32,000 nt of DNA from Mariprofundaceae bacterium (lineage in GTDB: Bacteria; Pseudomonadota; Zetaproteobacteria; Mariprofundales; Mariprofundaceae), in contig JBNLEB010000021.1 in the NCBI GenBank assembly GCA_050304695.1, forward strand, positions 72,312 through 104,311. Direction: 5' to 3'. The notes under the pieces were generated by a model that made no database searches, had not been told where the DNA came from, and saw only the letters and a program-made list of their open reading frames with translations. Positions 9,319 to 21,313 of the stretch are shown one piece after another. The position numbers and the translations under genes were made by a program. Each line of letters opens with the position of its first letter. Within the stretch, counting starts at the first letter, position 1.

Positions 9319-9737
9319 TTAGTGACCTTTCTTCTTCTTACGAAGCCATGCGAGCCGTGCAGTCATCATGGAGAGTTCCGCTTCAGCTACGGCGATATCA
9401 ACTTCGCCATGCTTACCTTCAACCACTTCCTGTGCCTTGCGCTCGGCAGCCAGTGCAGCCGCTTCATCGATATCGGTTGCACGCTCCGCCGAATCGGCCA
9501 GCACGGTGATCATATCCGGTTGCACTTCCATAAAGCCGCCGGAGACGAACACTTCATCGACCTCTTCAGGCCCTGTCGTGATACGCAGTTCACCCGCAGT
9601 CAGGGCGCAGAGCAGCGGCGTATGCTTCGGCAGGATACCGAGCTCACCGGCTACACCCGGAGCTACGACCATCTCGGCCTCGCCGCGATAGACTTCACGC
9701 TCAGCCGTGGCAACGAGTACTTGAACGGTAGAAGCCA

Positions 9738-9738
<1 letters not shown>
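9319..9738 (-). CDS. atpC: F-type ATP synthase epsilon subunit
   Basis: MVVAPGVAGELGILPKHTPLLCALTAGELRI; position at the end of the atp operon. Confidence 0.96.
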
Positions 9739-11156
<1,418 letters not shown>

Positions 11157-12008
11157 TTAACCTGCAGCTGCAGCACCGGCACAGATCTCTGCCAGCTCCT
11201 GCGTAATCGCTGCCTGGCGTGCCTTGTTGTAGGTAATGCTGAGATCCTTGACGATCTCCTTGGCATTATCCGTTGCAGCCTTCATCGCCACCATTCGGGC
11301 CGACTGCTCGCACGCCTTATTCTCTAACACACCATGGAAAACGATCGACTCCACGTAACGACGCAGCAGTCCATCCATCACCTCTTTACTATCGGGCTCA
11401 TACAGGTAATCCCAATAGCTCTCATGCTTCTTATCATCGGCAATCGGGCATGGAATCAGACGCATGCTCTTCGGTGACTGCGTCATGGTGTTAACGAATT
11501 CACTGTAAACAAGATGGACTTCATCGAGTTCACCGCTCATATATCTGTTCATCGCCAGATCGACCACACCGAGGATGTCGGCAATCTCAGGTGAATCGGG
11601 AACATTCTCGACAGAGCCTGCAATCGTCGCAAAACGTTTCAGGAACGCACCTGCACGACGACCGATGGTGAACACCTCGGTATCGACGCTCTGCTCTTTC
11701 AATACCGCAATCGCCTTCTTCAGCGCATTGGTATTCAGGCCGCCGCAGAGACCCTTATCGGTGGTGATCACGATGATACCCACCTTCTTCACCTCGCGTT
11801 CGGTAACGAACGGATGCTGGTACTCCGGATGCGCCTGCATCAGGTTGGATACCACCTGCTCCAGACCCTCGGCGTAGGCACGGGCGTCCACCACACGATC
11901 CTGGGCCTTGCGCATCTTCGATGCGGCAACCATCTCCATCGCCTTGGTAATCTTACCAGTGTTCTGGATCGCCTTGATCTGACCCCTAATTTCCTTTGCA
12001 GATGCCAC
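11157..12008 (-). CDS. atpG: F-type ATP synthase gamma subunit
   Basis: (V)ASAKEIRGQIKAIQNTGKITKAMEMVAASKMRKAQ. Likely GTG start at 12008 preceded by GGAG; track ORF extends to 12065. The C-terminus ends in RQAAITQELAEICAGAAA. Confidence 0.96.
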   Translation of the reverse strand: MASAKEIRGQIKAIQNTGKITKAMEMVAASKMRKAQDRVVDARAYAEGLEQVVSNLMQAHPEYQHPFVTEREVKKVGIIVITTDKGLCGGLNTNALKKAIAVLKEQSVDTEVFTIGRRAGAFLKRFATIAGSVENVPDSPEIADILGVVDLAMNRYMSGELDEVHLVYSEFVNTMTQSPKSMRLIPCPIADDKKHESYWDYLYEPDSKEVMDGLLRRYVESIVFHGVLENKACEQSARMVAMKAATDNAKEIVKDLSITYNKARQAAITQELAEICAGAAAAG

Positions 12009-12033
12009 GTTACGACTCCTTGACCAGGTTGCC

Positions 12034-13575
12034 TTAGTAAGTTCCGGTCGCCTTGAAGTCGGCAATCGCCTTCTTCAGACCTTCGGTTACTTCATCAGTC
12101 AGCTCAGGCTTGGCATTCAGACCGTTCATCAGGCCGGCTTCGGCAGAAGCCAGGTGAGCCAGCAGGCCCTTCTCGAAATCGCGAACCTTCTTCACTTCGA
12201 TATCGTCGAGATCGCCGTTGTTCAGTGCGAAGAGAACGGTTGTCATCTCAGCTACGGACTGCGGAGAGTTCTCATCCTGCTTCAGAATCTCAACACCGCG
12301 CTTACCACGCTCGATCTGCTTGCGGGTCGCCTCATCCAGGTCGGATGCGAACTGTGCGAATGCCGCCAGCTCACGATACTGAGCCAGGTCGAGACGCAGG
12401 CCGCCACCGACCTTCTTCATCGCCTTGGTCTGTGCTGCACCGCCCACACGGGAAACTGACAAGCCAGCGTTGATGGCAGGGCGCTGACCGGCGTTGAACA
12501 GTGAGGTCTCGAGGAAGATCTGACCATCGGTAATAGAGATCACGTTGGTCGGTACGAATGCAGATACGTCGCCTTCCTGAGTCTCGATGATCGGCAGGGA
12601 GGTCAAAGAACCGGTCTGGCCCTTGATCTTGCCGCCGGTGAACTTCTCGACATAGGTCTCATCCACACGCGATGCACGCTCCAGCAGACGGGAGTGCAGG
12701 TAGAATACGTCACCAGGGTACGCTTCACGGCCCGGAGGACGACGCAGGATCAGGGAAACCTGACGGTAGGCCCATGCCTGCTTGGTCAGGTCATCATAAA
12801 CGATCAGCGCGTCTTCACCGCGGTCGCGGAAGTATTCGCCCATGGTGCAGCCGGTGTACGGTGCGATGTACTGCAGTGCCGCAGACTCGGATGCAGAGGC
12901 GGATACGATAATGGTGTTATCCAGTGCGCCGTGCTCTTTCAGGGTACGAACCACGTTGGCAACAGTCGATGCCTTCTGGCCGACAGCCACGTAGACGCAA
13001 GTCACGCCGGTATCTTTCTGGTTGATGATGGTATCGATCGCGATCGCGGTCTTACCGGTCTGGCGGTCACCAATGATCAGCTCACGCTGGCCGCGGCCAA
13101 CAGGAACCATGGAGTCGATCGCCTTGATACCGGTCTGCAGTGGCTGATCCACCGACTTACGCTCGATCACACCGGGTGCGATCTTCTCGACCGGACTGTT
13201 CAGCTCAGCATCGATCGGGCCCTTGCCATCAATCGGCTGACCCAGAGCGTTGACCACGCGACCCTTCAGGCCGGGACCGGTCGGAACCTCGAAAATACGA
13301 CCTGTGCACTTGACCTGATCGCCTTCGCGCAGGTGGGTGAACTCACCGAAGATCACCGCACCGACCGAACCCTCTTCCAGGTTCAGTACCATGCCGAATG
13401 TATCGCCAGGGAACTCCAGCATCTCGCCAGCCATTGCAGCGGAGAGACCGTGGATCAGGGCAACACCGTCACCTACGGAGATCAGACGACCGACATTCGC
13501 GTCGGTAGCACCTGCTTCAAAGCCCTTGATCTGCTCCTTAATGATGGAACTGATTTCAGCGGTATCGAGTTTCAT
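12034..13575 (-). CDS. atpA: F-type ATP synthase alpha subunit
   Basis: [21 protein letters not shown]; [34 protein letters not shown]. Confidence 0.99.
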   Translation of the reverse strand: MKLDTAEISSIIKEQIKGFEAGATDANVGRLISVGDGVALIHGLSAAMAGEMLEFPGDTFGMVLNLEEGSVGAVIFGEFTHLREGDQVKCTGRIFEVPTGPGLKGRVVNALGQPIDGKGPIDAELNSPVEKIAPGVIERKSVDQPLQTGIKAIDSMVPVGRGQRELIIGDRQTGKTAIAIDTIINQKDTGVTCVYVAVGQKASTVANVVRTLKEHGALDNTIIVSASASESAALQYIAPYTGCTMGEYFRDRGEDALIVYDDLTKQAWAYRQVSLILRRPPGREAYPGDVFYLHSRLLERASRVDETYVEKFTGGKIKGQTGSLTSLPIIETQEGDVSAFVPTNVISITDGQIFLETSLFNAGQRPAINAGLSVSRVGGAAQTKAMKKVGGGLRLDLAQYRELAAFAQFASDLDEATRKQIERGKRGVEILKQDENSPQSVAEMTTVLFALNNGDLDDIEVKKVRDFEKGLLAHLASAEAGLMNGLNAKPELTDEVTEGLKKAIADFKATGTY

Positions 13576-13629
13576 ATCTTTTAACCTCTAATGACCAATC
13601 AATAATCTTTAATAACTTATGCAGCCGGT

Positions 13630-14154
13630 TTATGCAGCCACTGCCTTACGCAGGCCTTCCAGCCTGCCGCGCAGTGAACCGTCGATCTGGCGGTCGCCGA
13701 TATTGACAACCATGCCACCCAGAATCTGCTTATCTTCAACAATCTCCAGCTGCACCTTCTTCTTTCCGGCCAGTCCGGAGACAGCAGCTTCGATCTTCTT
13801 TTTGGTTGCCGCATCCGGCTTGGCTGCCACCACCACAGTAGCGACAACGCTGGCTTCGGACTCGCGAACCATCTCAGCAAAAATGTCGTTAATCTCAGGA
13901 ATCAGTGAAGCCTTACCACGTTCGCAAAGCATGGTGACAAGACGATCGAGCTCCTTCGATGAGGTGCCGGCGATCTTCCTGAGTACCTCTACCTTCTGCT
14001 CAGCAGAGATATTCGGCAGCTCCAGAAACGCCTGCACATCCTTGACCGAGGCAGCCTCAGCCAGAGCGGCAAGACCGGTAGCCACATCGACGCCCTCTCC
14101 AGAGAGTTCAAACAGAGCCCTGGCGTAACGGCGTGAAACAGCAAGCGAACTCAT
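13630..14154 (-). CDS. atpH: F-type ATP synthase delta subunit
   Basis: ARRYARALFELSGE; C-terminal DKQILGGMVVNIGDRQIDGSLRGRLEGLR. Confidence 0.96.
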   Translation of the reverse strand: MSSLAVSRRYARALFELSGEGVDVATGLAALAEAASVKDVQAFLELPNISAEQKVEVLRKIAGTSSKELDRLVTMLCERGKASLIPEINDIFAEMVRESEASVVATVVVAAKPDAATKKKIEAAVSGLAGKKKVQLEIVEDKQILGGMVVNIGDRQIDGSLRGRLEGLRKAVAA

Positions 14155-14633
14155 GCGCGACCGAACCCTTCGCTGACGACATTGTCGATCAGCTTGGCGT
14201 GACGTTTGGCATCGAGCTCTTCGTCGATGACACGCTCTGCAGCCAGCATGGCGATTGCCGCCACCTCTTTCTGCAGCGCCTGACGGGCACGATTCGCTTC
14301 AGCTTCCACTTCACCGCGAGCCGACTCAACAATCTGCTGAGCATCCGTACGGGCTTTGGTTACAGCCTCTTCACTCAGTTCGGCAGCACGCTTTTCAGCC
14401 GCTGACACGATCTCCTGAGCTTTTGAGCGAGCCTCTTTCAACTGAGCATCAATCTCAGCTTCAGCCTTGGCTTTCGCTTCCTTGCCGGCATCCGCCGCTG
14501 CAAGACCCTCAGCGATCTTCTTGGTACGTGCCTCCATGGCATCGTTCAGAGGACCGTAGAGATTCTTCCACAGCAGAATCACCATGGTCATGAAGACCAC
14601 AATCTGGCCGATAAATGTTAGGTCGAGACTCAT
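14151..14633 (-). CDS. atpF: F-type ATP synthase subunit b
   Basis: N-terminal TM segment, charged coiled coil (AKAEAEIDAQLKEARSKAQEIVSAAEKRA), and the atpE/atpH context. Confidence 0.94.
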   Translation of the reverse strand: MSLDLTFIGQIVVFMTMVILLWKNLYGPLNDAMEARTKKIAEGLAAADAGKEAKAKAEAEIDAQLKEARSKAQEIVSAAEKRAAELSEEAVTKARTDAQQIVESARGEVEAEANRARQALQKEVAAIAMLAAERVIDEELDAKRHAKLIDNVVSEGFGRA

Positions 14634-14673
14634 GCGTTCACCTTCCTGTTACTTTGTTAATGCGTTCCGTTGC

Positions 14674-14928
14674 TTATCCGAGGAATGGGTTGGCGAACAG
14701 GAACCACAGTGCGAATGCCATGATGATGAACGGGAAGGACTCCATCAGACCTGCGAAAATGAACATGTTGAACATCAGCTGCGGGCGCATTTCAGGCTGA
14801 CGCGCGATACCCTCCAGGGTCTTCGAGCAGATCAGGCCCCAACCGATAGCTGAACCCAGGCCGGCAGCGGCCAGAATCACACCTACGGAAATTGCTGAAG
14901 CAGCGGTGATAATCGTTGTTGCATCCAT
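14674..14928 (-). CDS. atpE: F-type ATP synthase subunit c
   Basis: Two TM hairpin, AAGLGSAIGWGL...ARQPEMRPQL...FIFAGLMESFPFI. Confidence 0.97.
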   Translation of the reverse strand: MDATTIITAASAISVGVILAAAGLGSAIGWGLICSKTLEGIARQPEMRPQLMFNMFIFAGLMESFPFIIMAFALWFLFANPFLG

Positions 14929-14964
14929 TGTTTTTACTCCTATGCAGTACTTAAAAAATAAAAC

Positions 14965-15807
14965 TTAGTGTTCAGCCGGCTGGTGTGCAATCGAGAGGTA
15001 CACCACCGTCAGAATCATGAAAATAAACGCTTGCAGCAGGCCGATGAAGAGATGGAAGAAAGACCATCCCAGACCGACGAAAAAGCCAGCTGTCATAGCC
15101 ACCCATCCGCCGCCGAGCAGTAGCGATGCGATCAGCAGGAAGATTACCTCGCCTGCAAACATGTTACCGAAAAGTCGGAAGGAGAGAGAGAGCGGCTTGG
15201 CGATCTCCTCCACCAGCTTCAGAATCAGGTTGATCGGAATCAGTGCGACACCGAGCAGCTTCACAATCGGGTTCTTCGAATCCAGCAGCAGCGCTGCGAA
15301 CGGCTGCAGCAGCAGCTCCTTGCAGAAGTGAACCGGCTTAAGTTTAAACTCGTAGTAGAGCACCATCAGGAAGACGGAGACCGCCATCGCCGCCGGCAGG
15401 TTCAGATCGTTGGTCGGAACCGGGCGGAAGTGGTGCACACCGAACATGTTGGCAATATGGCCCATCATATAGGCCGGCATGATGTCCAGCGAATTGCAGA
15501 GAAAGATAAAGACGAAGATAGTGAAAGCGAGCGGTGCCACCATTGGGTTGTGAACCGGGAAGTTGTCTTTCACCGTCTGATCGACGAAGCCGACGATGGT
15601 CTCCATGAAGTTCTGCGCACCGGTCGGCGCACCCTCGGTAATTTTACCCTTCAGCCACATACCGAAGCCAACCATCAATGCTGCGATGGTGACTGTAAGA
15701 ATCATCGTGTCGATGTGAATCTGCATAAACGGATTGCTTTCGTCGATCTTGTACGTCCAGTACTGAAGATGACTCGCAATTCCGTCGCCGCCGCTATGCT
15801 CAGCCAA
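14965..15807 (-). CDS. atpB: F-type ATP synthase subunit a
   Basis: EEIAKPLSLSFRLFGNMFAGEVIFLLI and QAFIFMILTVVYLSIAHQPAEH. Confidence 0.98.
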   Translation of the reverse strand: MAEHSGGDGIASHLQYWTYKIDESNPFMQIHIDTMILTVTIAALMVGFGMWLKGKITEGAPTGAQNFMETIVGFVDQTVKDNFPVHNPMVAPLAFTIFVFIFLCNSLDIMPAYMMGHIANMFGVHHFRPVPTNDLNLPAAMAVSVFLMVLYYEFKLKPVHFCKELLLQPFAALLLDSKNPIVKLLGVALIPINLILKLVEEIAKPLSLSFRLFGNMFAGEVIFLLIASLLLGGGWVAMTAGFFVGLGWSFFHLFIGLLQAFIFMILTVVYLSIAHQPAEH

Positions 15808-15840
15808 AGCTTTCCGCCCCTAGTTTAATCTTATAATAAA

Positions 15841-16248
15841 TCAATCGCTTGCATCTGTGGCCTGTGAAACATGTTTCACAATATAGATATAACCACCGAC
15901 ATAAGCTGTAAACATTCCCGCAGCAACCGCGAGAAGATGGAGCCCTATAAAATATGCACCTATCAGTGCAAACACCAGCAGAAGAAAACGAACCGCCGCC
16001 GAGCGATATAACACTCCCCGGCCATCTGCTCCCTCCACCCGGGAAGAGCTCATAACGCTTCTGGCAAGAAGAACGCTGTTCAGCCCGACCAGAATGCCGC
16101 CCGACAGCAGAGAGACAGCAACTATCCCGCCCTGCCAGAACCACGCAAAAAACGATACAACCAATGCTGTTAAAAACTGAATCCGGAAGAGCCCGGAAAA
16201 CTGTTTCTGCCAAGCAGTCGAAGGCTGCTTTTGTTGACGATCAGACAA
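15841..16248 (-). CDS. atpI: AtpI/UncI-like ATP synthase accessory membrane protein
   Basis: 135 aa with four hydrophobic segments, immediately upstream of atpB on the same strand. Confidence 0.65.
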   Translation of the reverse strand: MSDRQQKQPSTAWQKQFSGLFRIQFLTALVVSFFAWFWQGGIVAVSLLSGGILVGLNSVLLARSVMSSSRVEGADGRGVLYRSAAVRFLLLVFALIGAYFIGLHLLAVAAGMFTAYVGGYIYIVKHVSQATDASD

Positions 16249-16380
16249 GCCTCAGGCCTCCCATTTTCAACAATAAAAACCACCCTCTTTTTTTGCGAGG
16301 CCGATTTCTACCAACATCATCTTCCGAATGCAAGCATCGAAAATCCATACGCCGGAAACAGGTCGGAAAGGGGTAATAAA

Positions 16381-16668
16381 TCACTCGTATACCGAGATCA
16401 GCCCCTCCAGATAGATATCCGCCCGGCTCTTGCCACCGGGCAGTTGAACATCCGGATCTTCTCCCAGTGCCTCGACCGACGCCCTGGCATAAGCGGAACG
16501 TTCATCCTGACTCATCAGCCGCCAGTCGCTCGCATCCACGATGCCGTCTTCTGTCTTATCGAAACGGGCATCGACGGAGATATTGTCGCCCGCACTCGAT
16601 GCCAGCGGCATCACAAACAGAGCAGCCAGCAACAGAGCGGAGGGCAGGTGCGCGCAGAGAGAACGCAA
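16381..16668 (-). CDS. Small secreted hypothetical protein
   Basis: 95 aa, TTG start (or an internal GTG/ATG), signal-peptide-like LPSALLLAALFVMPLASSAGD; starts essentially at the ahcY stop codon. Confidence 0.5.
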   Translation of the reverse strand: MRSLCAHLPSALLLAALFVMPLASSAGDNISVDARFDKTEDGIVDASDWRLMSQDERSAYARASVEALGEDPDVQLPGGKSRADIYLEGLISVYE

Positions 16669-16669
16669 C

Positions 16670-18082
16670 TTAATAACGGTAGTGGTCAGGCTTATACGGC
16701 CCCTCGACAGGGACCCCGATATAATCCGCCTGCTCCTGCGACAGCTCGGTCAGGTTAATGCCGATCTTGGCCATATGCAGGCGTGCCACCTCTTCATCGA
16801 GCTTCTTCGGCAGGGTGTAGACCTCGTTCTTATACTGGCCGGTCTGCGTGAACAGCTCGATCTGCGCCAGTGTCTGGTTGGTGAAGGAGTTGGACATCAC
16901 GAAGCTCGGATGGCCGGTCGCACAACCGAGATTCACCAGACGTCCTTCGGCCAGCAGTGTGATTCGCTTACCGTCCGGGAAGATGATCTGATCCACCTGC
17001 GGCTTCACATTCTCCCACTCGTATTTCTTCAGAGAGGCAACATCGATCTCGTTGTCGAAGTGGCCGATATTGCAGACGATCGACTGATCCTTCATGGCCG
17101 CCATGTGGTCGTGGGTAATCACATGGTAGTTGCCGGTGGTGGTGACGAAGATATCGCCCAGTGCCGCCGCATCGTCCATATTGACCACGCGGTAACCCTC
17201 CATCGCCGCCTGCAGTGCGCAGATCGGATCGATCTCGGTCACCCATACGGTGGCACCCATACCACGGAACGCCTGCGCACAACCCTTACCCACATCGCCG
17301 TAACCGAGCACGACACAGATCTTACCCGCGATCATCACGTCGGTGGCACGTTTGATACCGTCGAGCAGCGATTCACGGCAGCCGTAGAGGTTATCGAACT
17401 TGGATTTGGTGACCGAGTCGTTGACGTTGATGGCAGGGAACGGCAGATCGCCCTTCTCCTGCATCTGGTAGAGACGGTGCACGCCGGTCGTGGTCTCTTC
17501 AGTCACACCCTTGATCGCCGCTTTGCGCTCGGAGTACCAGGTCGGATTCGTGGCCAGCTTCGCCTTGATGGCGTTGAACAGGGCGACCTCCTCTTCACTA
17601 CCCGGATTGTCGAGCACGGAGATATCCTTCTCCGCCTTGGAACCCAGAATCACCAGCAGGGTGGCATCGCCACCGTCGTCGAGGATCATGTTCGGCGTGC
17701 CGCCGTCATGCCACTCCATGATGCGGTGGGTGTACTCCCAGTAGTCCTCCAGCGTCTCGCCCTTGTAAGCGAAGACCGGCACGCCCTCGGCAGCGATGGC
17801 CGCGGCGGCATGGTCCTGGGTGGAATAGATGTTGCACGAAGCCCAGCGAACCTCGGCACCGAGCGCTGTCAGCGTCTCGATCAGCACGCCGGTCTGGATA
17901 GTCATGTGCAGGGAGCCTGCAATGCGGGCGCCCTTCAAAGGCTGCTCTTTCGCATACTTCTCACGTGTCGCCATCAGGCCCGGCATTTCGGTCTCGGCGA
18001 TGGTCAGCTCTTTGCGACCCCAGGAGACAGTCTCCGGGGACATATCGGCCACTTTATAATCATTGAAATCAGACATTCTCAT
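16670..18082 (-). CDS. ahcY: Adenosylhomocysteinase
   Basis: [38 protein letters not shown]; [38 protein letters not shown]; C-terminal [10 protein letters not shown]. Confidence 0.99.
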   Translation of the reverse strand: MRMSDFNDYKVADMSPETVSWGRKELTIAETEMPGLMATREKYAKEQPLKGARIAGSLHMTIQTGVLIETLTALGAEVRWASCNIYSTQDHAAAAIAAEGVPVFAYKGETLEDYWEYTHRIMEWHDGGTPNMILDDGGDATLLVILGSKAEKDISVLDNPGSEEEVALFNAIKAKLATNPTWYSERKAAIKGVTEETTTGVHRLYQMQEKGDLPFPAINVNDSVTKSKFDNLYGCRESLLDGIKRATDVMIAGKICVVLGYGDVGKGCAQAFRGMGATVWVTEIDPICALQAAMEGYRVVNMDDAAALGDIFVTTTGNYHVITHDHMAAMKDQSIVCNIGHFDNEIDVASLKKYEWENVKPQVDQIIFPDGKRITLLAEGRLVNLGCATGHPSFVMSNSFTNQTLAQIELFTQTGQYKNEVYTLPKKLDEEVARLHMAKIGINLTELSQEQADYIGVPVEGPYKPDHYRY

Positions 18083-18116
18083 ACTCCTGTCGTTTGCCTA
18101 AACAGACATAAAAATA

Positions 18117-18194
18117 TGAGCACCGTTGGATATGTTATTATCGTCGACTGAGCCTGGTTCCGTTTTAATTTAGAACTGCAGTGCTCCTCAGTCT
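18117..18194 (-). promoter_or_regulatory. S-adenosylhomocysteine (SAH) riboswitch upstream of ahcY
   Basis: Minus-strand sequence AGACTGAGGAGCACTGCAGTTCtaaattaaaacGGAACCAGGCTCAGTCgacgataataacatatccAACGGTGCTC. P1 GACTGAG/CTCAGTC, P2 GTTC/GAAC, pseudoknot GAGCAC/GTGCTC. It carries the conserved GAGGAGC..CUGC, CCAGGCUC and AACGG-GCUC elements. Confidence 0.9.
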
Positions 18195-18243
18195 GGAAAT
18201 TTATTAGATGTTGAATAAGGCCATCCTGACCTTTTCAACTTAC

Positions 18244-18271
18244 GAAAAACAAAAGCGCGGTTTTGTTTTTC
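18244..18271. terminator. Perfect 11-bp stem-loop with A/T tracts, probable terminator downstream of metK
   Basis: gaaaaacaaaa-gcgcgg-ttttgtttttc. Confidence 0.6.
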
Positions 18272-18448
18272 TCACAAAATCAGCGCTGCCGATTTTACTC
18301 GCCCATCCATGGGCTCGATCGCTCACACCGGCGGAGGTTGGATTTTGATTTGAGGCAAGGCGTGAAGCGCGCAGAACCGGAGCATATCGGAGATATGTGA
18401 GGATTCGGGCACTACAACAACACAGCATCAGATCAAAAGGCGACCTCC

Positions 18449-19618
18449 CTATACGCCAGCGGCGGCTTTGAGGGCTGCAGCCTTGTCGGTGCGCTCCCAT
18501 GTGAATTCCGGCAACTCACGACCGAAATGCCCGTACGCAGCAGTTTTGCTGTAGATCGGACGCAGCAGATCGAGCTCCTGCACGATCCCTTTCGGACGCA
18601 GATCGAACACTTCACGAACGGCCTCAGCAAGCTTGCCCTCGTCGACCTTGCCGGTGCCGAAGGTATTGATCATCACACTGAGCGGGTGTGCCACACCGAT
18701 GGCGTAAGCCACCTGCACTTCACAGCGATCAGCCAGGCCGGCCGCCACGATATTCTTGGCGACATAACGCATCATATAGCAGGCGGAGCGATCCACCTTC
18801 GTCGGATCTTTACCGGAGAAAGCGCCGCCACCGTGATGACCGAAACCGCCATAGGTATCGACAATGATCTTACGTCCTGTAACACCGCAGTCGCCCACAG
18901 GGCCGCCGATCACGAATCGACCGGTCGGATTGATGTGATATTCGGTGTCTGCATGCAGCAGGCCGGTGCCGCCCAGCACCGGATTGATCACTTCATCCAT
19001 GATCGCTTCGGAGAGCTCTTTATGCTCAATGTCGGGATTGTGCTGGGTGGAGAGTACTACCGCATCGATCGCCACCGGCTTGCTATTCTCATAACGCACC
19101 GTCACCTGTGACTTCGCATCCGGACGCAGGAAGGCAAGCTTGCCGCTCTTGCGCACTTCAGACTGTTTAGCGACCAGTTGATGAGAGAGATGAATCGGCG
19201 TCGGCATCAGCACGTCGGTCTCATTCGAGGCATAGCCGAACATCAACCCCTGGTCGCCTGCGCCCTGATCGAGATCAATACCTTCACCCTCATTCACACC
19301 GGCAGCAATATCCACCGACTGCTTATCGAGCGAGACCAGCACCGCACAGCTCTCCCAGTCGAAACCCATGCTTGAAGAGTTGTAGCCGATCTCCCTGATC
19401 GCACCGCGTACGATATCCTGATAATCGACAACAGCCGAAGTGGTGATCTCACCGGCGATCAGCGCCATGCCTGTAGTCACCATCGTTTCGCAGGCAACGC
19501 GGGCATACCTGTCCTGCTCCAGAATCGCGTCGAGCACGCCATCGGAGATGCGGTCGGCCACCTTATCGGGATGCCCCTCGGAAACTGACTCACTGGTAAA
19601 CACAAAATCACGACTCAT
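18449..19618 (-). CDS. metK: S-adenosylmethionine synthetase
   Basis: [27 protein letters not shown]; [12 protein letters not shown]; [30 protein letters not shown]. Confidence 0.99.
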   Translation of the reverse strand: MSRDFVFTSESVSEGHPDKVADRISDGVLDAILEQDRYARVACETMVTTGMALIAGEITTSAVVDYQDIVRGAIREIGYNSSSMGFDWESCAVLVSLDKQSVDIAAGVNEGEGIDLDQGAGDQGLMFGYASNETDVLMPTPIHLSHQLVAKQSEVRKSGKLAFLRPDAKSQVTVRYENSKPVAIDAVVLSTQHNPDIEHKELSEAIMDEVINPVLGGTGLLHADTEYHINPTGRFVIGGPVGDCGVTGRKIIVDTYGGFGHHGGGAFSGKDPTKVDRSACYMMRYVAKNIVAAGLADRCEVQVAYAIGVAHPLSVMINTFGTGKVDEGKLAEAVREVFDLRPKGIVQELDLLRPIYSKTAAYGHFGRELPEFTWERTDKAAALKAAAGV

Positions 19619-19711
19619 ATATCATATCCCCTTTATCCGGATCAGGACGAAAAACCTGCGGCAGACTAATCCCTGAAGCAGTTAAATCAAATTCACGGCA
19701 AAAACCCTGTC

Positions 19712-21313
19712 TCAACGACGCCACAGTAACAACAGGCCACCGACCAGTGCAATTGCGGCTCCGGCCCAGATCACATCGGCACTCATGTTACCCCATCCCA
19801 CTCCCGCAAGCACACCCGATCCGACAAACAGGGAAATCGCGGCAAGCTGTAACACGCCCGACTGTTCAGACTCCTCAGCGGCACGCTGAACATGTTGTTG
19901 TGCCACGATCTTCTTAATCTCCTGAGGCAGTTGAATCCAGTGATCGACACCTGCCTTCAACTCTTTCGCCGCCTGCTCAATACGCGCCCTGGGCCCCAGA
20001 TGCTCGGCCACCCACTTGCCGACCAGTGGCTTGGCCAGTGCCCAGACGTTGACCTCCGGCTCAAGCTCGCGTGCCACCCCTTCGATCACCACCATCGTCT
20101 TCTGCAGTAACAACAACTGTGGCTGCGTCTCCATCTGGAATCGTTCGGTTACCGAGAAGAGGTAGAAGAGAAGCTCAGCCAGTGAGATATCCTTAAGTGG
20201 CCGGTTGAAGATCGGCTCGGCAATCTCGCGCATCGCATCCTCGAATGCCGAGACATCGGTATCGACCGGCACATAGCCCGCCTCCAGATGTACCTCGGCT
20301 GCACGCCGGTAATCCTGTTTCAGGAAGGCAAGCAGCATATCGGCGATATAGCAGCGCGAACGCATGTTAAGCCGACCGACAATACCGAAATCGACCAGCA
20401 GAATCTCGCCCTTGTCGGAGACGAAGATATTGCCCGGGTGCAGGTCGGCATGGAAATAGCCGTCGACAAAGACCATATGGAAAAAGAGCGCCGCCGTCCT
20501 TTCGCACAACTGCATCAGGTCGTGTCCGGCAGCCTCCAGCTTCTCACGCTCATCGATCTCGATACCGTAGACCCGTTCTGTCACCAGCACCTCGGTAGAG
20601 GTGTAGTCCCAAAGCACCTTCGGCACCGAGACTCCCTCCACCTCTTCCAGGTTCCCGGCAAAACGGCTGGCATGGGCCGCCTCGGATCGCAGGTTGAGCT
20701 CGCCCATGATGGTGGCTGCGAACTCATCGACTACACGCGGCGCCTTCAGCCTCCCATACTCGGGAAAGTATCGATCGAACAGCTCGGCCAACAGCCTTAA
20801 GATATCGAGATCGGCCTCGATCGTCTTCTGAATGCTTGGGCGACGTACCTTGACCGCTACATGGGTGCCGTCGTGGAGTCTGGCGAAGTGAACCTGCGCA
20901 ATCGAGGCGGCAGCGACAGGCTCACGGTCGAGCTCAGCAAAGACACCATCCTCACCGGTCAGCGGCCTCTTGTAGGCGCGACTCAATACGGATTCGATGA
21001 TTTCAATCTTCTCCGGCGGCACATCGTCCTGCAATCTTTTGAGCTCCAGTGCCACATCCATCGGCAGCAGGTCGACACGGGTAGAGAGCATCTGACCGAA
21101 CTTGATAAAGGTGGGGCCCAGTTGCTCCAGCACCTGCCGGAACTGAATGCCGACATCTTTGGGAAGCTCATCTCCGGTGAAGAGGCGCACCATCCAGGCG
21201 TAGGGGCGGAAGAGACGCATACGCACCGCCAGTGCAGCCATGCCGTGCGATGCCAGAATATAACCGATGCTCAACAGTCTCAGGTTGCGCTTGAACCGGG
21301 AGGAGAGGATCAC
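19712..21313 (-). CDS. ubiB: Ubiquinone biosynthesis regulatory kinase-like protein
   Basis: GPTFIKFGQMLSTRVDLLP; PVAAASIAQVHFARLHDGTHVAVKVRRP; HADLHPGNIFV; two C-terminal TM segments. Confidence 0.96.
   Translation of the reverse strand: MILSSRFKRNLRLLSIGYILASHGMAALAVRMRLFRPYAWMVRLFTGDELPKDVGIQFRQVLEQLGPTFIKFGQMLSTRVDLLPMDVALELKRLQDDVPPEKIEIIESVLSRAYKRPLTGEDGVFAELDREPVAAASIAQVHFARLHDGTHVAVKVRRPSIQKTIEADLDILRLLAELFDRYFPEYGRLKAPRVVDEFAATIMGELNLRSEAAHASRFAGNLEEVEGVSVPKVLWDYTSTEVLVTERVYGIEIDEREKLEAAGHDLMQLCERTAALFFHMVFVDGYFHADLHPGNIFVSDKGEILLVDFGIVGRLNMRSRCYIADMLLAFLKQDYRRAAEVHLEAGYVPVDTDVSAFEDAMREIAEPIFNRPLKDISLAELLFYLFSVTERFQMETQPQLLLLQKTMVVIEGVARELEPEVNVWALAKPLVGKWVAEHLGPRARIEQAAKELKAGVDHWIQLPQEIKKIVAQQHVQRAAEESEQSGVLQLAAISLFVGSGVLAGVGWGNMSADVIWAGAAIALVGGLLLLWRR

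Noticed and set aside
14674-14928. Possible Na+-dependent c subunit because of the MES segment
   Set aside because: The N-helix Gln and the other Na+-coordinating residues of known Na+ c-rings are not evident; most simply H+-coupled.
16541-18151. Long 536-aa plus-strand ORF
   Set aside because: Exactly antisense to the unequivocal ahcY gene; composition shadow of a GC-rich coding frame.
18240-18500. 86-aa minus-strand ORF between metK and ahcY
   Set aside because: Overlaps the metK 3' end and repeat-like intergenic DNA; no RBS or domain evidence.
19619-19711. Possible SAM riboswitch upstream of metK
   Set aside because: The gap is only 93 bp and shows no SAM-I, SAM-II or SAM-IV-like conserved elements that I can recognise.
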